Shown here piece after piece: positions 58,786 to 64,000 of a stretch of 64,000 bases of DNA. A program made the position numbers and the translations under genes. The DNA is from Mobula hypostoma (Eukaryota): positions 181,910,001 through 181,974,000 of the forward strand of contig NC_086097.1 of the NCBI RefSeq assembly GCF_963921235.1, written 5' to 3'. Position 1 is the stretch's first letter. Every line of letters begins with the position of its first letter. The notes beneath the pieces were generated by a model. It was not told the DNA's origin, made no database searches, and saw only the letters and a program-made list of their open reading frames with translations.

Positions 58786-59724
58786 AAATTTGACCAACAT
58801 CTCTTTCTTGCTAATACTCTGTAATCCAGGCAACATCAGGAGGAATCTCTTCTGTACCCTCTCCAAAGCATTCTCTTCATTGCTGTAATGTAATGAACTA
58901 CACACTATACTCCAAATGTCTAATCAAAGTTTTATACAATTATACTTTCAGTTCCTGACTTTTATACTCAACACCCTGACCAATGAAGGTAAGGTATACC
59001 ATAAGCCTCCTTTACCACACTAAGCATGGAGAATGCACCTCTCCTTCAACTCTGTTTATCTGATAATTACATCTATGTATAAGTTCGGGTAGGACCTTGA
59101 AGCTCTTTCACCTCATCTGAGCCTTATTCATTTTTTTAAATCCAGAGTATCCAATATAAAAAGTTGTTTCTATGTTTTTTCTATAACAGTGCCACATAAT
59201 GGAGTGTGCAATTAAACTGAACTATAAATAGTGAACAGACCAGGAGCACCCAAATCTAGACCTGTTCTAAGGACTGCTACTGTTCCCTGGTTTAAGTGAT
59301 CCAGGAAGCTCTTCCCCTCCCTGTAGCTCAGATTTCAACACTGTCACAATTTTTCCACATGTCTGATCTTCCAGTGTTAAGTGGAAGTATTACCTGACAA
59401 AGAAAAGAATAGATTATGAAAGTGAACAAAACTATTGTAAGAATTTAATGTGGATTTCTGCTCTGGATTTAAAAACAATGGAACAGACAAGCTCAATGAA
59501 AAGCTGTAAGCACTGGTAGTTCTTTTTCACACCTGTTCTGTGAGCTCTACTTGCACCCATCTGGATGAGGGAAATGGCTAAAATTTCCAAATCAGTACTA
59601 TTTGGAGACTTTCTTAAAGTTTATTAAAACAATGTAAAAGCTACAACTGATATAAAATGACATTTAAATAATATAACAAAATATCAGAAGAAAGTACAGA
59701 AACATTTTGTGACCTAATATATTA

Positions 59725-60411
59725 CAGGTGAGGCAGCAGTATGGTCGCATTGTTTATTTCAGGGACCAGCTGATTGTGCTTATGCCAGCCGGTTTAGCGA
59801 ACAGAGCGGCGGACACCCCGGCTGAAATTTGGAGGAAAACACACAGAGGATGCAGAGGGGGATCAAAAAGGCGAGGAAAGAGGACCGGGTCGAGACAACA
59901 GAGACTTATGAAGAAGAGGAGTTCTCCACTTGGACTGCACGTGGTCATACCCGTCCAAAACTTTTCCATGGAGGGCTTCCAGACTGTTCGGGCTGACCGG
60001 AAGTGCACTGAAAGCGGTAAGCGTAAAGGAGTTGGGGGCTTGCCGTTCTGGTTAACAACGGATGGTGCAATCCTGGTCATATTACCATTGAGGAACGTGT
60101 TTGTAGCCCGGATATTGAACTTTTTGCTGTTGGACTCCGGCCATATTCCACTGAGATACAACACTGGGTGTCATGGGAGGTTGTTCCTGCCTGTGACCAT
60201 CGAACTTTGCAGCTCCTCCCGTGGAGGGTCAGACACCCTGAGCCAATAGGCTGGTGCTGGACTTATTTCCATCTGGCATAGTTTGCATATTGTTGTTTGA
60301 TTGTTTGTGGATTTTGTATTTCTATATTTATGCTCTATTCTTGGTTGGTGCAGCTGTAACGAAACTCAGTTTCCCTCGGGATCAATAAAGTATGTCTATG
60401 ACTATGTCTAT
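59725..60411 (+). mobile_element. Internally deleted Rex1/Babar-like LINE (5'/APE part joined to 3' end)
   Basis: GFQTVRADRKCTESGKRKG and ERVCSPDIELFAVGLRPY (APE) join at ~60148 to the C-terminal ...GRLFLPVTIEL. The tail is aataaagtatgtctatgactatgtctat. Confidence 0.7.
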
Positions 60412-61004
60412 AAAAATACTGCCATGCATTGATACAATCTCTTCTCTAACAACCTTGCATTGATTTAAAGTTTTACTGTTACAGTAACTTTAACGTGTAA
60501 TTCTCTCTAAATCTGATTCTAAATACAGCCTCCCATGGTGGTCGATCTTTTAGAGAATTCATTTCATGTGCACAGTTCATCAATTTTGTTCATGGAACCT
60601 TGCAACTTGCCACTTATTTGCTAACTGACCCCCCCCCAACTTTTTATAATACAAAAATCAATTAATTAACAAAATTTATATCTAGTTATCGAATTGTACA
60701 GGGAAGAAACAAGCACTGTCTACTCACTCTGTCTGTGCCGATCATATTGCTTATCTACACTAATTCCATTTGCCTGTATTAGGCCTGTATCTCTCTGTTT
60801 TTCCTTTCTAAGAATCTGTCCAAATGCCCTTGAAACAATGTATTGGTATCTGCACTGCCATCTCTTTTGGTTTCAGATAGCTTCTGGTCTGTGTGTGAAA
60901 ATCTTGCATTTCTCCTCCCCATTTTAGATAATACACTATAATAGTCTTTGCATTGCTTTACTTAATCAGCCTTGGCATTAATTAACTCAAGGCCTTTTTA
61001 CTTT

Positions 61005-61403
61005 ACACCACATGCAGTAGGAGCAGTGCTGCCACGATAATCAAGGACACGACCCACCCAACCAACACACTTTTCGTCCCTCTTCCCTCCAGGAGAAGGC
61101 TCAGGAGCTTGAAGACTCGTATGGCCAGATTTGGGAACAGCTTCTTTCTAACTGTGATAAGACTGCTGAACGGATCCTGACCCGGATCTGGGCCGTACCC
61201 TCCAAATATCCGGACTTGCCTTTCGGTTTTTTTGGGCACTACCTTACTTCCCATTTTCTATTTATGATTTATAATTTAAATTTTTAATATTTACTATCGA
61301 TTTGTACTCCAAAGAGCGGGAAGCACAGAATCAAATATCACTGTGATGATTGTATGTTCTAGAATCAATTGTTTGGTGACAATGAAGTATAAAGTATTAA
61401 AGT
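61005..61403 (+). mobile_element. Rex1/Babar 3' end
   Basis: Reads IIKDTTHPTNTLFVPLPSRRRLRSLKTR..RFGNSFF..VIRLLN, with a (aaagtat)n-like tail. Confidence 0.85.
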
Positions 61404-62405
61404 TTCCAGTCTAGTGAGCACATGATGATTTGAAAGTTCTGTATGTAGACAAACTGTAGAAGCTCTCTATTGAAAGTACTGAAGTAATCCGTGTCTTTGA
61501 ATAGATTCATATTAGTTTCTTGCCATATACACCAGGGAGCAATGAAATTTCCTACTTGTGTGTAGATCACAGAACAAATGGTATATACATTAATAATAAA
61601 TATAATGATAAGCACAAAACAACAAAAATGCTGGTTTTGAGTCTGGTCATCTGGGCTTTCATGCTTTATCTTCTTCAGGAGGTGGAAGAGAGAAAAGAGA
61701 ATGGACAGGGTAACAGACATCCTTGACAATACTGAATAACAACACCTTTCACAAATTTTCAGCAAGCCATTTCATTAAAAAGTCCTCTGATTTCTCATGG
61801 CATGCGGGGATAAAATTTAGGTCAATTTTTAGTCATTGTTTGCTGGCTATGAATTAAATCCATTCTTGATTTAAATTTGGCTACAGGTCAAAGAAGAATT
61901 GTGGAAGGTGATGAATGGTCAATGTACATTGGTCATAGCAATATCATGGAATCATTGGAATTCACTGCACGGAAGGAAATTGTTCATCTTATCATGTCCA
62001 TGCTAGCTGAAAGACAAATTCCACAGTCCAATTCTCAGTCTGTGTCCTGGTAGAACATAACAACATAAGAAATAGGAATAGGAGTAGGCCTGTTGAGCCT
62101 GTTCTACCATTCAGTTAGATTATGGCTGATCTGGCCATGTTGATCTGCCTCTCTACCAGAGAACTTTAGGTTCAGACCCAGAGAATACTTGTCAAACACA
62201 GTTTACTTAAAAGTACATACTGTTTATTAGCAAGCTTGCATTGCTCAGTTGACAAAACAGAGTCCCCAATCCCTGAGCCTGGGAAACTCTGCAATCAAGT
62301 AAGCCACCGAGTATGCTCAGGGCTGCTGATATACATTCGTTATCACATACATACTTTGATAATGAGATGTTAAGAAGGTCGCATCTTGTAGGCCTCTTGT
62401 GACAT

Positions 62406-62970
62406 TGTAAGGGTCATAGCGGCTTAGACTTTGAAAAAAGTATAGAAGTACAAATGTTTTCTTATAAGATAAACTGAGTGGGTGACATTATCCTTGGTAT
62501 GCGACCTGTGCTTAACTTCAGTTCTTGCTTAGAGTAACTTCTATCATTGCTTGATTAATTGCTGTAAGAGACATACCCTGCTTTGTACTCACTATAGCAC
62601 CTGCAAGATAAGCATTAAAAAGAATGGCTATTTAAAGGCTTTGAATGGTAAGCCTGTGCCTGTCTGTATCCAGGCATAGTGGCAATTAAAACTGTTACAC
62701 GAACAATTTATGGCTGATAAAGTTAACAGTACTCATCTGTACAGGAGCTAAGGGGGTGAACCCACGTGTATCTGTGTACGTGACTGCATGTGTATAAAAA
62801 AAAGAGAAAAAGAGCTGTATTTGCTTTAGAAGCCAGGGACCTCCAAAGCAGCCTCCAAGAGAGTGCTTAAGGAGGGTTCTCTCTGGTAGCTTGCTACTAA
62901 TAAAGAGTTAAAGTTCCAATCACCGTAGTACGTGGTGTCTTTCCATCAGGTAGATCGAAAGAAGGTTGCA
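62406..62970 (+). mobile_element. Probable solo LTR
   Basis: TGTAA...TTGCA termini with flanks acat/acaa. TATA-like tataaaa at ~62794 and AATAAA at ~62899. Confidence 0.45.
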
Positions 62971-63247
62971 ACAATAAGGGTAGACAGAGAAGCTTTCTCA
63001 TGTAACAAACACTTCTTTGTTCTTACACTATTCTCAGAATCAGAATCAGGTTTATTATCACCGGCATATGACTTGAAATTTGTTAACTTAGCAGTTCAGT
63101 GCAGTTCAATGCAATACATAATCTAGCAGAGCCAGAAAAAAATAGTAATAATAAATAAAATTAAAGATAATAATAAATAAACAAGTAAATTACATATATT
63201 GAATAGATTATGTTAATAATGTGCAACAAACAGAAATACTGTATATT

Positions 63248-63798
63248 TGTAGGGCTCTCAGTATACGAGGTGGACTGTTAACTGTTGATGGCTTATTACC
63301 AAAATGGCTTCTCTGAAGTGTTATATTGAAATTGCTTCTCGTAATGTTAACTGCTGAGCAAGGGGTTGTCTGTAACTGCAATGTTTGGGTTATACAGGGA
63401 GATAATGGAAATTATTTTCATTTGTTAGCCAATGGAAGTCATCTTCTGTAATCTTGTATATGTGTGCTGAGTTGAGGAGCGCGGGCTTTTTCGGGAGGCG
63501 AGCAGAGAGGATGGACATGTGAGGAACGGACGGTGGTTCCCAGGTGGCGGACACTGGACCTCGGGCGTTTGGAGGGTGGCCGGAGACTCAGAAGGATGTT
63601 GTGGATGGAATCGGAGGCGTGAGCTCCAACGTATTAAAATATTATATGCACAAGACTGATAGGTTTCTTATGTGGCGCCTTTTCATGTAGTTGCTGCTAC
63701 TAACCCAGCACCAAAAATTTGCTATAAAGTATAATTCTTTACTCGCACTTTGTATATTGTTTCATATTTGTGTCGTGGCTGATCATTGGGCGACTGCA
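63248..63798 (+). mobile_element. Possible solo LTR
   Basis: TGTAG...CTGCA termini with a CpG-rich core and a CCAAT at ~63430. No clear TSD. Confidence 0.35.
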
Positions 63799-64000
63799 TT
63801 AATTCTGCCTGATCAGATGGCTTTTAAATGTTTTCACTGTTTTTGTCTCCATTACCTCCTCTGGCAACTCATTCCAACTATACTTTGTCAAAGATTGACC
63901 CTACATACCCCTTTAAATCCCCTCCCTCTAACCTTAAACCTATGCCTTCCAGTTTAAACACCCCTACCATAGCAAACAGACAATGGCTATCCTATTACAT

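Noticed and set aside
59728..60249. 173-aa ORF as a host gene
   Set aside because: It is a frameshifted mosaic of Rex1/Babar endonuclease and C-terminal sequence.

Overview
Vertebrate genomic DNA made up largely of transposon remnants. The repeat set points to a cartilaginous fish, probably a ray (inference): CR1, Rex1/Babar, Tx1 and L2 LINEs, V-SINE/HE1-like and DeuSINE-like SINEs, Penelope-like elements (PLEs), Tigger, mariner and hAT DNA elements, and solo LTRs. No intact host protein-coding gene is visible, and almost all listed ORFs are transposon fragments or chance frames. The window may lie in a large intron or intergenic region. The strongest signal is a Penelope-like family carrying a minimal type I hammerhead ribozyme (gtc-CTGA(C/T)GA-stem II-GAAA-CGTC-gac). 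It occurs at about a dozen loci, three with an intact core, and includes ~130-150 bp insertions that are little more than hammerhead plus tail. One PLE insertion has copied ~170 bp of its own flanking DNA in inverted orientation. Also present are an 8 kb multi-level nested insertion cluster with readable target-site duplications (TSDs), a non-autonomous RTE element, a ~1.6 kb unique segment resembling a decayed retrocopy, and a candidate 18-nt microexon. Most boundaries of old repeats are approximate.
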